A stretch of DNA of 64,000 bases. Origin: Paramecium tetraurelia (taxonomy: Eukaryota). The notes beneath the pieces were generated by a model. It saw only the letters and a program-made list of their open reading frames with translations, made no database searches and was not told where the DNA came from. Every line of letters begins with the position of its first letter. Within the stretch, counting starts at the first letter, position 1. The stretch lies in assembly GCA_000165425.1 (NCBI GenBank), contig CT867992.1, forward strand, positions 124,001 through 188,000, in the 5' to 3' direction. This document shows positions 1-14,541 of the stretch, piece by piece. Position numbers and translations under genes: made by a program.

Positions 1-1160
1 TTTTAGATATTTTAAATGATACAATAAATATGTAAATTTAGTTAATGTTTGATTTATTTTCTCTAAGGTAAAAGCATTTATAAACATTTAAAAGCGAAGA
101 ATATTATATTATAGCTTATTTTTCTGGAGATTTTGTATAAACCTTCGAAATATATAAATAAAATGTAGGGCTTATCATTAAAACTAATTTACAAGAGTAA
201 TTCAGAATGAATTATGATTGGATTAATATATTTTCAAATTATTGCTTAATATAGTAAAATGAACAATTACACGTTTATGTTATTTAGTCGGATTCATTCA
301 TAAAAATTGATACTTTACAGTTTTAATGTCGAGATTGTGAGACAATTAAAGTTAAGAATTCTAAAAATACAATAATGATAACTTAAAGTATAAATGCTCA
401 TTTTTCATTTGAATCATCATTTGTAATTTTGTAAATAATTAAAAACAAAGTTTTTTTACATTATTTTAATTAAGTAGAGGAAGAGTTTTTGCTTTATAAA
501 TTAAAAAGTATAATTTATATTAGATTTTACGATCTGATCTCAATATAAGATAACTAACTCTCAGGCAAAATAGTTGGGTTCTAACTTTAACATAAAATAT
601 ACGTCCTTAACATTGTGTTAAATTTAGAAATAGATTAATTAAAAATTTCTAGCCAGATAGGAATTGTTTCATATTTTGGAATTACCACTGTGAATCAAAT
701 TTTTATCCTAGAATCAAATTTAATGTTAATCTCAACAAGTTGCTTTTTAAATACACACTTACTCTTATATAATTTGTCAGACTTTTCAGTTTTTAATTCT
801 AAGTATCCAATATAAGCTGTATCTATTGATTAATACCCATAAATTCAATTTTACAATCTTACTCATTTTTTTATTACTTTTAGGAATAGTGATTCAATTT
901 AACTATTTAAGATATCAGAATACACATTAGATATGCAAAATACCTCGAATAAATATGTAAATCTTTTGTTTTCAAATAATGAGCAGAATTTAGAAATCTA
1001 AGTAGAATTAAATTAAATTTCAAATCTAAGTTTATTTTCTATTTGCTAAAAATACATTGTCTATTTAATCTTATTGGCTTGCCTAGTATTTTGTTTTTTA
1101 GCAAAACGAAAAAGAAAATTGAGATCCGAGATTGAAAATCATAGTGAAATAGAATTATGA
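1..1160 (+). CDS. 3' part of a large single-pass membrane protein (5' truncated by window edge)
   Basis: Frame from nt 3 is free of TGA for 385 codons. It ends in a hydrophobic stretch (YIVYLILLACLVFCFLA), then KRKRK and TGA at 1158-1160. Confidence 0.7.
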
Positions 1161-1317
1161 TTTCCAATTATGGACAAAGAAATTAACATTTGATTGTTAT
1201 GTGAGTGTATGGTTTTTTTAATTATATTTATCATTATTAATTGAATGTATGAGTATTGACAACTATTTTATATTTGGTTCTGGCAATAAAGTATTTTATA
1301 AATATTTTTAATTTAAA

Positions 1318-2815
1318 ATGCAAAGTCATGTAAATTTATAGAAATATGAATCTTATGAGTTGCAAAAACCAAGCATAACTATTTTTGAGTAATCAACTTA
1401 GATGAATATTTTAACTGATGAATAAATTGATGAATCTGATTCAGAACCTGAGAAGACCATTTAAGAAACGCAAAACCAAAATCTATTACTTTCTAAATAG
1501 TACATTTACTTTCACAAATAGAAATAGCCAACATAACAATACAATATTTGAAGATGAAAATGAAGAAGGTGTGTGGGAAGAGAATGCTAAGGAAGTAAAT
1601 CCTCCAAAGCCATTTTTAATGTCGATTAACTTCTCCAACATAAGTCTGTATCGATTCCCTACTCTGGAATAAGAAAAGGTATTTGGTGCTATTTTTATTG
1701 CATAGAATTTAAGGGCTGAGATAAACAATATAGAAATAAACAATAATGTAGTGTATTATTAGATAGAAACCAAATCATCTTAATTGGGGTACACCGTAAA
1801 AGTGAAGAGAAGATATAATGATTTTAAGTTTTTATTGAGAGAATTAACAATCAGATACCCTCAACTATTATTACCTTACTTACCTATAGGAATTGGAGTT
1901 GGAAAACTTAACAATCGAAGCGTAGAAGAAAGAAAGAGATTATTATAAAATGTTATTAATATCATAACTATGCACTAAGAATTGATACTTTCAAGTTCTG
2001 TCAGAAATGTAACATCTTATTTAATCTATTAGTTTTTTGAAGAAGGAGATCAACAGGAATTTGAGAATAAAAGAAAACAAGGTCAATATAATATGAAAGG
2101 AGGTTTAGCTTAAAATCTATAAACAGTAATAGATAAAAGCATAAAATCGATTGGATAATTAAAGAATTGGTGGAATGGTACAAATCAAAACAAGAAATGT
2201 GAGGAATTGGAATAAATATAGCTGGAATTAGTCAAATTATTGAGTTAATAAGCAAGGTATTAGAAACTACTTTCCTACATCTAAGCATTATAAAGAAAAT
2301 AGTAAAAAATAAAGGATATAATTGCATAACAAGATAGTTAAAAAACACAATTACTAATTGAAACGAAACTTCATGATTGTATTTTAGATTATGCAAAAAA
2401 TTTAGATTTCTAAACTAACACTTTAGAAGATAAATTTGTAATTAATATGTATATTTAGGATTAATATTATCAATAGTAAATTTGGTAATTAATGAATGTA
2501 ATAGAATTTATTGATTACGCTGATATTTATTTTAAGCAGTTAGTCAAGTACATTGAAGATTTTAATGAATAATTAACCTAGGTTGCACCAAATTAATAAA
2601 CGTATAACAATTTAATTATTTTTATTAGTCATTAAACAATCAAGGATGAGATTAATAAATATTTGAGCAAAGCTAAGGATTAATTTTGCAATAAAAAAGA
2701 TGGTATAATATCAAAATACATTGGAATTTAATAAAAAGGATTTACTGATTATTACATTAGCCAATAATAGGAGATCTGGAATTACGCTTAAGAGATGAAA
2801 AATACATTTAATTGA
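1318..2815 (+). CDS. PX-domain sorting nexin with coiled/BAR-like C-terminus
   Basis: VYYQIETK..VKRRYNDFKFL..YPQLLLPYLP..VEERKRLLQ PX motif; 4 short GT-AG introns (first at 1500-1521). Confidence 0.85.
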
Positions 2816-3831
2816 TCTGACTTTTGATTTTTATTAAATTAAATAATTTAATTGCTTAAATCAAATAGAAACCAAATAATTAATTCACTATTGCTAATTT
2901 AAATATTGCAAATTATGTTCTCTTTGTCTTCTTTTGGAAAGAACTTATGAATACTCAACTTAAGACGCATTCATATTATACAGACTATGATATATGGGTA
3001 CTAAAAGGTGTAGGTATAGGGCCTGCAACTTTATTAAGGGTAGGATTGTAAATTTAATTCAATTATAACAATGTTTGGCTTAATGGATTTAGGATCTCAA
3101 CAGAAGGATAGTTAATTTAAACAATACAATGGGTAATGAAGTAAACAAGATTAGTTGGTAGAGGCAAGTAAGATTTAATTCTAAATAATTTAAGCAACAA
3201 GGTTTTAGTGATTATTTTAATTATAAGAATAAAATAAAGAAGAGAAATAGAAAATGAATGAATTTTAATAATTTTATACTGGCTTTTATGTAAATTATTC
3301 ATTGGAATTAATGAATTAATTAGAAACTCTATATAAATATTGATCAGTTTCTCCCAATCTATCATATAAAAGGAGAGTTTCTTAATATTATTTGAATGAG
3401 GTGAATATGCTTGTTGTATTATGAAATTGATAGTTATATCAAATTATTAATAAAGCCAAAAATATTTTGAAGTAAAATTCCCTTAGTCAGACAAGAATAT
3501 TTGGTGTTTAGCCAAAGTACATGGTATAAGCAGCATCGAATTATAATAAATCAAAATGTGAAAAGAAATCTAAGTTATTGGAAGAAATAACTAAAGATCT
3601 AATACTTTAACATTTGAATTAAAGAATAAGGAAAAGTGCTTTAATAGTTATAATTTGAGAACTACATTCCCATTAGACTTTATATAGTAATTATGTAAGA
3701 GGATTTTAAGTAAAATACTCTGAATGAATAAGATCTCTAAATTTGAAATGAGATGACTAAAAAGCATAAAGATAATATAAAAATTATTGCAAAGCATAGA
3801 CATATATAATTAATATAAATGATAATAATTA

Positions 3832-6159
3832 TCAAAATTCAAGTTTTAAGTAGGTTTTAAGCTATTCAATTTATACTGGTTTAACTAAATATCCATCCAT
3901 TCCATTTTAGATTGCCAAATTTTCTTCTTCTTATTTTGCATAAGCCGAACATCCAATAATCTAAATTTTTGGATATTATTTCTTAATTATAGAAGTAGCT
4001 TAAATGCCATTCATTGTAGGCATATCGATGTCCATAAATATTGCATCATAACCATTACAATTATTACATCTATTTGAATTTACCATTTAGATAGCAGTAT
4101 GGCCATCTAAAGAGTATTCTAATTTAAGAGATGAATTTATCTTTTAAATTAAGAATTTCAGAACTTCTATGTTAAATGCATTGTCATCAACAATCAAAAT
4201 ATTAGCACATTGACATTTATTTATATGTTATGACTTGATATTATTGTATCTCCATAAAGATTACCTTCTTTCTGGACTTTCTTCATCGATGTTTTCTGAT
4301 TCTTCATCAATTTCTGATTCTGAAATATTTTTCGAAATATAGAACCAAAATGATGACCCGCTTTAGTATTCTGATTGAAATTGTAATCCTCTTTCATTGA
4401 AACTCAAATTTCTAGCAATCATATTACTAATAATTAATCCTAATCCAACTCCTTAAGGATTCAACTTTTTGCTTTCTTTATCTTCCACTCTAACAAAGGC
4501 CTATAATAATCTTTCTTTATGTTCTTCCTTGATTCCAAGTCCTGTATCACGAACTTCTATTTTTAGTGAACTTGTGTGATAATTAGACACATTGATTTCT
4601 ATATACCCTTGCAAAGTGTATTTGAAAGCATTTCCAAGAAGGTTTATTATTATTTATCTAATCCTATTTGGGTCGTTGTTCAGTAATTTCGGTACATTTT
4701 TTCTAAAGTTTAATGAGAGATCAATTTTTTTTAAGCTAGCTTCCAAATTGAATAATTCCATACATTCTTCAATCAATCTCTTAAGGTCCATTTAAACAGG
4801 GTTGATTGAAAACTTACCTGCTTTTAATTATGCAAAATCTAGCAAATCATTGGATAGATTGAGTAAATACTTACAATTTAATAACGAAATTTTGATGTAC
4901 TTACTTTAAAGGTTGGGATCCCTTTCATCTTATAGAGCAGAGATAAACTAAATGATTGAATTGAGAGGTGTTCTATATTCATGACTAACAAAAGAAATAA
5001 TACTCGATTTGACTTAGTATTATTTTTGTATCAACTTTATATAGTCTCTATGAGTAACATCTCTAATTTATAGCAAAATCATTAATTTATCATCAATCAA
5101 AGTTGCATGTGCATTGATTTCTAATAAACGTTTTTTTGGTTGCTCCAAATCTCCACGGCCATCATTTTCATACCTGTTTCCTAAATAGCTCCCTATAAAT
5201 ACAGTGTTATGAGGACTATTCTTTAAGATCTAAAAAAATCTTTTGTTTGCCTTAATGTTTCTCAAATCACACAGAAGTTACTAATATAGTGGAAATTCAG
5301 TTACATTCAATTCAATTTCTTCTTTAGACAAACGTTTATTGGAAAATTTGTATTATTGAAAAGTCTATTAAAAACTCTAAAAGGATGGAAGTGAATCTCT
5401 AGGATCTCTGATATCTGGTTTGGCCTAAGTGGTTACAACTTCAGATAATTATTCCAAACAAGTCTTAAAATTAGATTTGTCAGTTATCTTAAATAATTCT
5501 AAGGTTGCTGAATTACAGAAGTATATGGCCAAATCTTAAGCCATCAGTAAAATTAGAGGGTCTGGTATTAAATTAAAGAAGTGGGAGCATTCTTACAACT
5601 CCTATTACAAGTTCGTTGCTGATGAATGGTATTATTGTTTTCTATAATCGGGACTTTGCACAACATTTGAAATTGACTTCTCATAAGACTTTACATATGA
5701 GGTCTAAGGATAATTATCCTATTTTTACTGATTGGCCTATAACACAAAGAGAAGAATTAACAGTAATGAAATCCCTCCGATAAAGGTGTATATATCATAT
5801 GAATTCCAGCTGCAAACTCTAATTAAAGCATATAGATTGATTAAAATGGTGAGTTTTTACAACAATTCTTTTTTTACTCTTTCTTGACCTATTTCAATAC
5901 ATATAAAATGGAGAATTAAAACACTGAAATTTTGAAGTTTCACTGCACACTCCACAAAATATATAGCTAAACCTGTGGTGTAACTCAGATTCATTAGTAA
6001 ATACCTTTTTTCATCCAGTTTAAAAGAGAAGAATATAGCCACTTAAACAGCACTCATTATGCTTAACAAAATTATCATTTCTCTTAATTCAAACCCCAAA
6101 AATGGAGTGAGCACTATGCTGATAATCCCTTCAAGGGGTATTTTCATTATTTTCCTCAT
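3832..6159 (-). CDS. Hybrid sensor histidine kinase (N-terminal TM segments, PAS-like, HisKA, HATPase, receiver)
   Basis: H-box SFVSHEYRTPLN, N-box IIINLLGNAFKYT, G1 DTGLGI, G2 GVGLGL; receiver ILIVDDN..FMDIDMPTMNG..GMDGYLVKP; 2328 nt, apparently intronless. Confidence 0.95.
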
Positions 6160-6549
6160 ATTTTATTTATAATTTAGGTATCAATTAATAATTTAAATAA
6201 GAAACTTCTCAATGACATCAAAATAAAACAACAAGAATAAAAATTATTCCCTATTAAATCCTAAATTGTATAAAAATGAACTAGCTTACCAAATAGAAAT
6301 ATGTCCTCAGATTTAATGTTGAGCATTCAATCAAGAGATTATAACTCTAAAACTATTAATTCAAATTATATTTTCCATATCATTATTATTATATCATTCA
6401 TCTTCAACAAGCGATACTAAATTGTAATCTTCTTCTAAATCTTAATACACATCACACTTAAGGAAAATAAGCTTTAGCAAAATTGGAAGTAATACTAATT
6501 GTAAATAAAATCAATAAATAATTAAATTATTCTGAACTTTGCGAATAAA

Positions 6550-8281
6550 ATGGAGAAACAGAAAGAAATTCTTAAATTATATCATGACAATCATGATAAG
6601 TAAATAGAAGAAGTGTTTAAGGCTGATCCAAACATTCCCATACATAAATTTCAAACCCAAAAATAATTTACAGGTAATTGGTAATATAGTGATAAGAAAT
6701 CCAAAAGTTTTGCATTTGGCATGTCTCCATAACAATACAAAACTAATTGAACTCACATTGACATACTGTAGAAATTCTAACCTAATAAATTAAACTCAAA
6801 TGATCGAATTCATTAATTTATAGAATAAGGATGGATTTACTCCTTTACTTATGGCATCCTTTAAAGGAAATATAGTATATATATTAAGAGATTATCTTTA
6901 GGAAATCATAAAGTTATTGCTCTAAATAGGAGCTAATTCGAATATAAAGAATACAGCTGGATTGTCTGTTCTGCATATGTCTGTTTAGGGCGATCACGTC
7001 AAGGCTAGTGTATTATCTTTGAATATTTAGTTATTTTGGATTAATCAAAATATTCCTATTGATATATTAGATTACAATCATCAAACTCCTTTGATTTGTG
7101 CTTCTTTTTTAGGTTCTTAACAAATGGTTAACTTTCTAATTCCTTGGGGTGCCAAATTGAACGCTCAGACAAAAGACAAAGGTCATACTGCTTTGCATGT
7201 AGCAACCTAATAAGGACATTCTCGGATTGTGAGAAAATTATTGATCAAAGGAATAGATAGAAAAATCAAAGATAAGAATGGAAAAACTGCGCTTGATTTA
7301 GCCATAGACTCTAAATTTAAATCAATTTAAACTATGATAGTAAGTGATCATAACAAAATTGTAGGAAAATAAAATGGGTTTGGCTGAACGATGTGGTTTG
7401 AGATAACCAGATTCAAAAGTTGAAAAGAATTACATATCAATGACTATCTATCTATCCCTTTATTGCAGTTCCTTTCTTCTGACTATTTCATTCACTTTGC
7501 CTTGTAACATATATCTCATGACTAAATCAAGATTTAGAATCCTTTTAGGCTTGGTACATCACAGCATGTAGTCTAACTCTCCTTTTGACTTGGGTTCTCG
7601 TTAAAAGAAATCCAGGCTTTGTGCCACGCTCAAATAAAACCTTAATGGTAGGGTGATTTAACATTTATAAGGATCTATTAGATGCTTACTCCGTAGATTA
7701 AATCTGCCCAGACTGTTCAGATGTAAAACCCCCCAGGTCGAGACATTGCGAAATATGTTTGAAGTGCGTTTATAAATATGACCATCATTGTCCTTGGCTT
7801 TCTAATTGCATAGGAGAGAAGAACTAGTATATATTCCTGGCCTTCCTTTTTACCTTGATTGCCAGTATGGTTTTGTAGATAGTAGTCCAATGTTAAAGTA
7901 AAAATATAGGAAAATTAAATTAGTTTTGAATTTGCAATAAGAAGAGGAAGAGGTGGAATTAGGTTATGTGATTTAATAGATAACATTTTACTATACGATG
8001 ATTGTAGGATGCTTGTTTATTTTGCCTGTGATGTATAAATTATTTGAATTAGGTTATTATTTACAGTTCAAATCTATAATTTAATTAAAGGGCAAACAAC
8101 CTATGAACGATATATTGAAAGATAAGGGATAAATAGAATGCAATCGAGAAAAGCAAGTGCGGAATAGTAATTAAAACTTATAAAGAGTGCTGCCAGCACA
8201 GATACAAGTGAGAGCGAGTTTAAATTTACAATAAAAAGTTAAAAGAAACCTTTGCTTAAGGAAACTGAATTAATTGTATGA
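6550..8281 (+). CDS. Ankyrin-repeat DHHC palmitoyltransferase (Akr1/ZDHHC17-like)
   Basis: Ankyrin repeats ([17 protein letters not shown]) then [34 protein letters not shown]; multiple short introns. Confidence 0.95.
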
Positions 8282-8301
8282 TAAACAATAAAATTAATTT
8301 T

Positions 8302-9919
8302 TCACACTTTTTTTATTACTCTGAAATCTTTTGATAACTAATTCTCTTCAAACTATAAAAAGTCATATATAAAATTCTTACAATTTTGTCATTTAGATTT
8401 ATCACTTCATCGTGCCATTTCTACAAAAATTATTATAGATACACAACTTACACAATCTCAATTTTGTTTGTTCTCACAAGTGAAAATCCAATAAAATGAT
8501 CATCAAGACACTTTTGTTTCTGTAATAGAGATATTGAAAAGCGATAGAAAAATGTTTTTAGATCAAGTTAAGGATCTGTAATTTTTAATTAAACTGCAAA
8601 TTAGATTATTGTCTTTAAGATATAGAATGGTCCCACTTCTATATCTTTGCCACACTCATTAAAAATATCTAAAATCTACTTTCCATTTAAATTTTGCTTA
8701 ATGTTCAAAACAGCTTTATCTGAAACACATTGCCAGGGCAAGTGATCAAAATAAGCAAATAACAATTAAGCAAGTAGTCTCATATCAGTTACATGTCCTA
8801 TTCGAAAGTTGTGAGCATCAAATTGTTTCTTTAAACTTTGTAACTCCTCAGTATTTAAAGGTTGTTAATTTGTAGGTTCACCAATAAATGCTTACACAAT
8901 CTATTTTGGAGTTATTAATTAGTCTTCCAATAACAATAAAAATCGATTGAAAATAATATAAAGAGGTGCAGGAATTAACTTGGTTTTGTTTTTCAAATCA
9001 TTCAAAACATATTGGTTTTGTTATTCTACAATGTCATCATTGGTGAGCCCAGATAATTTTGGATAATCAAACCATTTTCTATTTTATAAGACTATTTCTT
9101 ATTATATTTTAATACATTTCTCAAACGCTTTCAACAAATCTCTTTAAGCACTTTTATTCAAGGAATCCCTTCTTCTAGACTAGAATAACTTAATAGCATC
9201 GTCAGCAACCATCCTTTCTCCATAAATTAACCATGCCGCTATTGCCACTCCTGTTCTGCCTGTTCCAGCATGACAATGCACAGCTACTTTCTTTCCTTTT
9301 TTTTACATCAGGTCGAATGCTGAACATATTTTGAGGAGGTTCTCATATGTAGTATCAGCTGTCATATCTTCCCAACCATAATTGAAGAAGCTAATCTTAG
9401 CTATTAATTAGATTTGAAATACCTGATTACAGGGATTCAGGATTATATGAAAATCCAACACCAGGAATTATACCAGGTCCACATTATGCATGTTCTCCTT
9501 ACAATTGCAAATTTATAACTGCTCCAATGTTATGACTTTATATGATAATCTCTTTACGATTAGAATTGAGGGACGACTGTAGGCATTAATTTCATACTCA
9601 GTCTCTACATAGCCAAAATGTCATCAGTTATCCAATCTGAATGTAATCCCTCTATGGCATTTTTATTTTTATTTGAATTAGCCTATTCCTTTTTACAATC
9701 TTGACCTCCACAAAAATAGCAGATGAAATTATCTAATTCTTGAATTGGTGCAGGACCAGTTTTCTTATTTTTCAAACTGGTCTTCGGCTCAAATTTGTTA
9801 CTGCTTATCATCTATTGTCTTATAGTATTCCTTTATTGTGATGATGATAGAGCCCTGGATTATTGATTGTCTTATTCTAATGGTGGTAATCTACGAGAAT
9901 TTGAGTTGGCATTATCCAT
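8302..9919 (-). CDS. PTPDC1-like protein tyrosine/dual-specificity phosphatase
   Basis: AIEGLHSDWITDDILAMQR..INLQLQGEHAQCG..VAVHCHAGTGRTG (CX5R intact). Confidence 0.9.
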
Positions 9920-9947
9920 TTTAATTAAAAATAAAAATCTAACGTAT

Positions 9948-11377
9948 ATGAGTTAGACAGAATAGCAAGAGTATAATTATGATGCATAATACTTGGAGAT
10001 CTTTGGATGCAATCATACTACAAGACAGATTCATTCAGAAAAATTGATTTGTCAATAATGTGGCATATTTATCAATAATGTAATAGAGCTGTTTTAAATT
10101 AAAGTCAACCACAAGAGTTTACAAAACAATCAAAATGAAGTACAACACCTTCTTCAATCCCCCTTAAAGATTTTGAGCAACATCTTGGCACCAATGACAA
10201 TCGCTAAACACTAAATCGCTAGGTTGCCAATAATAGATTTCCTGGAATAAGCATCTGAAAGATTAAACCTAAGTACAAATACTGCCTTTTTGGCTATTAC
10301 TTATATTGATCACTTTTTCAATAAAGGTAATGTGAATGAAAACTAGGTTTTCTTATATGCTGCTGCCGCTCTGATGCTGGCAGCTAAAGCTTAGGAGCTC
10401 GATGAGAGAATCCCTTTCATTAGTAAACTCAAACGCTATTCATCAATGACCTCTCATCCTGAAATCAATAACTTCACTACTTAAGAATTTTGTAATGCTG
10501 AAAAAGCCTTAATTGAATCCTTAAATTGGAAATTATAGAGAATTACACTCCTAGATAGAATAGAATCGCTACTTTCCTTTGGAGTCATTGAATGATGATG
10601 ACAGTCTCTCCCAACCACCCTAATAGAAGGAAAACAAAGAACAATTAGTAAATCATATTAAATTGAGAGACCTAAATGAAAAATAAATCACTAACTATGT
10701 TAATGAGGTTGAAAACAAATACATAGAAACCGCTTATTCTGTGATTAGAGGTAAAATCAGTTAAATAAGTAGATGATCAAATTTATTTTTCAAACGATCA
10801 AACTATATTAGCCTTGTCTTGCATAGCTTTTCTAAGGAAAAAGGCTGGGTTGCTAAACATCTGGTCTCAATAACTCTAAGCCTTAACTGGAGAATCCGCT
10901 TAGAAAATATCAGCTACTGTATCTTAGATTATGACTCTGACTCCCAAAACTGTAAGCAAACCTATGATTAACACTTCATCGAGTTCATACTTGAATAGTT
11001 ATTAGAACTCGGCAACTTAAAATAAAAGTTCTTATATGAAAAACAGACAATACTTATTTGAATCAAATAAATCATCAGCAGGTGATATCATATCGCAATA
11101 TAATAATACTGCTAAATCACATCTCAAAGTTCCCTTATTTCAATCTTAATCCACAATGCAATTATCTTCAAAGAGTGAGATAATGAAACCTCATCAAATA
11201 AATTAAACTAAATATTCGAGTCGAATTAGCAATTTTACTACTACTAACAATTATTCATACTTATCTGATAATATTGTCCATCCAAATTCTTACATAAAAC
11301 ATGCTGAATTAGATAAAAAATATGAGTAAATACATAAAGTCAGCGAGACAAAATTTAGAACTAAAATATTCAGTTGA
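9948..11377 (+). CDS. Cyclin (cyclin-box protein), frameshifted in this sequence
   Basis: RLPIIDFLEQASERLNLSTNTAFLAITYIDHFF..LYAAAALMLAAKAQE cyclin box. A +1 base at ~10591 creates TGA; two more probable +1 bases at ~10159 and ~10169. Confidence 0.85.
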
Positions 11378-11438
11378 TGAATATTTGTTAAAACACAATA
11401 TTTATATTGTTATAATACTATTTTGTTAATCATCATAA

Positions 11439-12601
11439 TCAATTGTGAAACAAATATCTTATAGCTTCATCAATAAATTTATAAATATAGGAATATTATT
11501 CTGAAGTATGGACCATGCCCCATCTTTGTTCTCTCAGTCTACGCACTATTCCAAAGATGGACAATCTATAAAGATCTGGATTTTCTTCCAATTCTTGATA
11601 TAAAACGTGAGTACTTACTTTAAATATCATCGCCAATATTCTATTTGTAGGCTTTAAGTAAGATCATTAAATTAGATAATGCAATCAAAGTTCCAGTTCT
11701 TCCTACTCCAGCACTAAATTAAAATAATCCTATTCCTTTAATACCTGCAATGAAAAACTACTTTTTGATCTGCTTACAACTTTTCATTAATCATATTTAA
11801 TAATTCTCGAATCACATCAAAATCACTTGGGGATGGAACTCCTTAATCTGGCCAACCACACCATTGAATTTGTTAAATATTTCTCTCTTCTCCCTCTTAG
11901 GTTACTTTCAAAACTCGTTTTGTGATATTATTCCCAAGATCATCTTGGCTCTGAAGATATATTTGAATATTTCCGCAAATCATAGTTTCTCCAACATTTC
12001 TCGGCCAATATTATTCACATTATGCCTGCATAGTATAAATTTACTAACTCTTTGGTTCTCTCTCAAATTGCACAACATCACTACCATATTCATATTTTCT
12101 TATATAATCATCTTCCAAAAGTGACAAAATGTTTAGATCAAAGGACCCTATGTAGCCACAATCATCCTCTCCTTCCCATTTATTAACTATGTTGACAAAC
12201 CTATCAAATACATTGATAAAATTCGCATTAATATAGCATTCCCTTAGATTTTCTTCTTCATCACCTTCGCTCCTTAATTTTACAATTGAATGCTTGACTA
12301 ATTTATCACTTATTTATATATACATAGTATGATGTTATTATAGCGATTTAATTTTTGAACATCAGGATGAAAGTCAAATAAATTATCGTTATGATATTAA
12401 GTTTCTGTTAATCTACGTAATAACTTGATAGAAACTAATCAATACTCTGAATTCCATCTCTAAATCTCTTTTTAATAATTCTTAACTGAAGTGTAAAACT
12501 GAAATTCCTTTTTCGATTGCTACTAATTCTGTGTTGCCTTTTACCCACTCATAAGAATAATCTCTACTAATTTCCTTACCTTCTACTAAGAAGCCTTGCA
12601 T
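11439..12601 (-). CDS. Classical protein-tyrosine phosphatase
   Basis: KLNRYNNI, YINANFI, IVATQGP..FWKMI, GWPDQGVP, VFHCSAGVGRTG, LREQRWGMV motifs. Confidence 0.95.
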
Positions 12602-12985
12602 TTATTTTATTTTAATAAAATGGAATAAATAACTTGCAGACAATTTTTAAAGCATATCTTCATCATCTCATGCGCTAAATTAAAAAGTCTGTTCGATATT
12701 GGATTAATTATTTCACTTAATACAAAGTAAGAATGTATTAAATATTATAAGAAATAAAAGTATTTGTTTAAACTTTTAATTTTGAAATATCTCTCTTGTA
12801 TCATGATAGGAATATGATCTGATTAATTGATAAACGTAATTTAATAAGGATGTTAAAACTCTTTTTATTTGGTTCAAATAAAAATCTGACTGGAAATGAG
12901 AAATTTAAATTAATTAAAGGATATTTAACAAAGTCTTAAGATTGATGATTTTATAATATAAATAAAAAAATCAATAAAGTTGAAA

Positions 12986-14521
12986 TCAGTTTTTTAAAGG
13001 ATTAAGTGATTTCGATTATTATGGTTGAAATGCATCATTCAAAACCTAATCTAATGCTTAATTTAACGAGCATTGCCGATTTATTATTAATTTTTTGTTT
13101 TTTTAACAATTTAAATTAGAATCGAATTATTATAAGCCAAGTCTATCATCGAAATTCTATTCGATAATTACCTTGTAAGCGTCCTAATCTGGTTCTGATT
13201 ACAAATTATTGTTATTATTTATCTTAATGATATTTGTGATGGGTTCCTCCCTCTATGACCCCTGTCCTTACTACTCTTAATATTGGGGTACTTCTTATTC
13301 TTAATGTTAATTGTCGTTTTGTGATTAAGATTCGTCGTCTAACTAAAATGAAAACTATAGCTTTTTATTTTTATTGGGTATGAGTTCTGATTTCAATTAA
13401 AATAGTAGATCATCAGAAATAAAAACATTCTTTTTTTCCTATGCTGAATTGAGACCACTATATCTTTACTCTTTAGAAATCAAAAATGGATGTTAAAGGA
13501 GATCTTCTGCTTCCCATCTGTCTTCTGGATTCAGTTGCAGACATCTTTTAAGAAAGTCTCTAGCCTACTCAGATTTCAATTCTTCAGGAATAGGAAAGGT
13601 CTCAGTTAACTTGCTTATTTTGACCATGACGGTGTATATATTCTTAACTTCAGAGAATGGAGGATGTCCAGTAGCCATTTCAATCATTGTGCAACCTAAA
13701 CTCCAAATATCGGCCTTCCTATTTAACACTTAATAGATTGATGATACTTTCCATAGTGTTACTAATTCGATGATCTCTGGAGCCATATAATTTGGAGTGC
13801 CACATAGGGAACCAACAATATCATGTTTGATTTCAGATAATTATTTTCCACTTCCAAAATCTATAGAATAAAGTTTTAATGATCTACCTGCTAATTTCAC
13901 TTATCCATTTTAATTGATTAAGATGTTGGCTCCCTTGATGTCTCTATGAATTACTCCTTTCGAGTGTAGGAAGTGCAATCCTAATAGAATCTATTTCAAA
14001 TAAACTCTAATTAAAGACTCCTTGAATTTCGCCAAATCTTTTGATCATTGTGAGAACGGAACCACCACTGACATACTCTAAGAAAATATTTAATTAGTCA
14101 TTTTTTGTTTCTGAACCATAATAACGTACTATATGAGGATGCTGTAACTAACTCAGAATTTCAATTTCTCTTTAGATAGATTATACTTTCTAAGATAAAC
14201 ATTTGAATTTACATTCTCGTCTCCATTCTTGATAAATACTTGTTTGACAGCCATAATTTACCCACTCACCCTATTCATACCCAAGACAACTCTACCAAAT
14301 GCTCCTTGGCCTATCATTTCACCTTCAGTCCAAGTGATCTATTTTTCTTATTCTTATTTTTCTTATTTTTCCTATGCTTCTGGTTTCACCTCTTTGGGAA
14401 CAACAGGCTCATGACAAACCTCAAAATAATTTGATTCTTCAGGTTATTAAATTGGATGTTCATCACAACCTGCATTGGCATACTTTTTATGTTTAGTTTA
14501 TTTAGTTAAACAACAACCCAT
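12986..14521 (-). CDS. STE11/MEKK-type (NPK1-like) Ser/Thr kinase with MGCC N-terminus, frameshifted in this sequence
   Basis: WTEGEMIGQGAFGRV, MAVKQV, IFLEYVSGGSV, IHRDIKGANIL, DFG, GTPNYMAPE, ADIWSLGCTMIEMATG. +1 bases at 14030, 13768 and probably 13196; the 3' end assumes the last correction. Confidence 0.9.
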
Positions 14522-14541
14522 ATAATATAAAGAAATTAAAA

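Noticed and set aside
2948..3830. TGA read as Trp or Sec in this frame
   Set aside because: TGA density is roughly what AT-rich non-coding DNA gives, no SECIS was seen, and TGA is the stop in all neighbouring genes.
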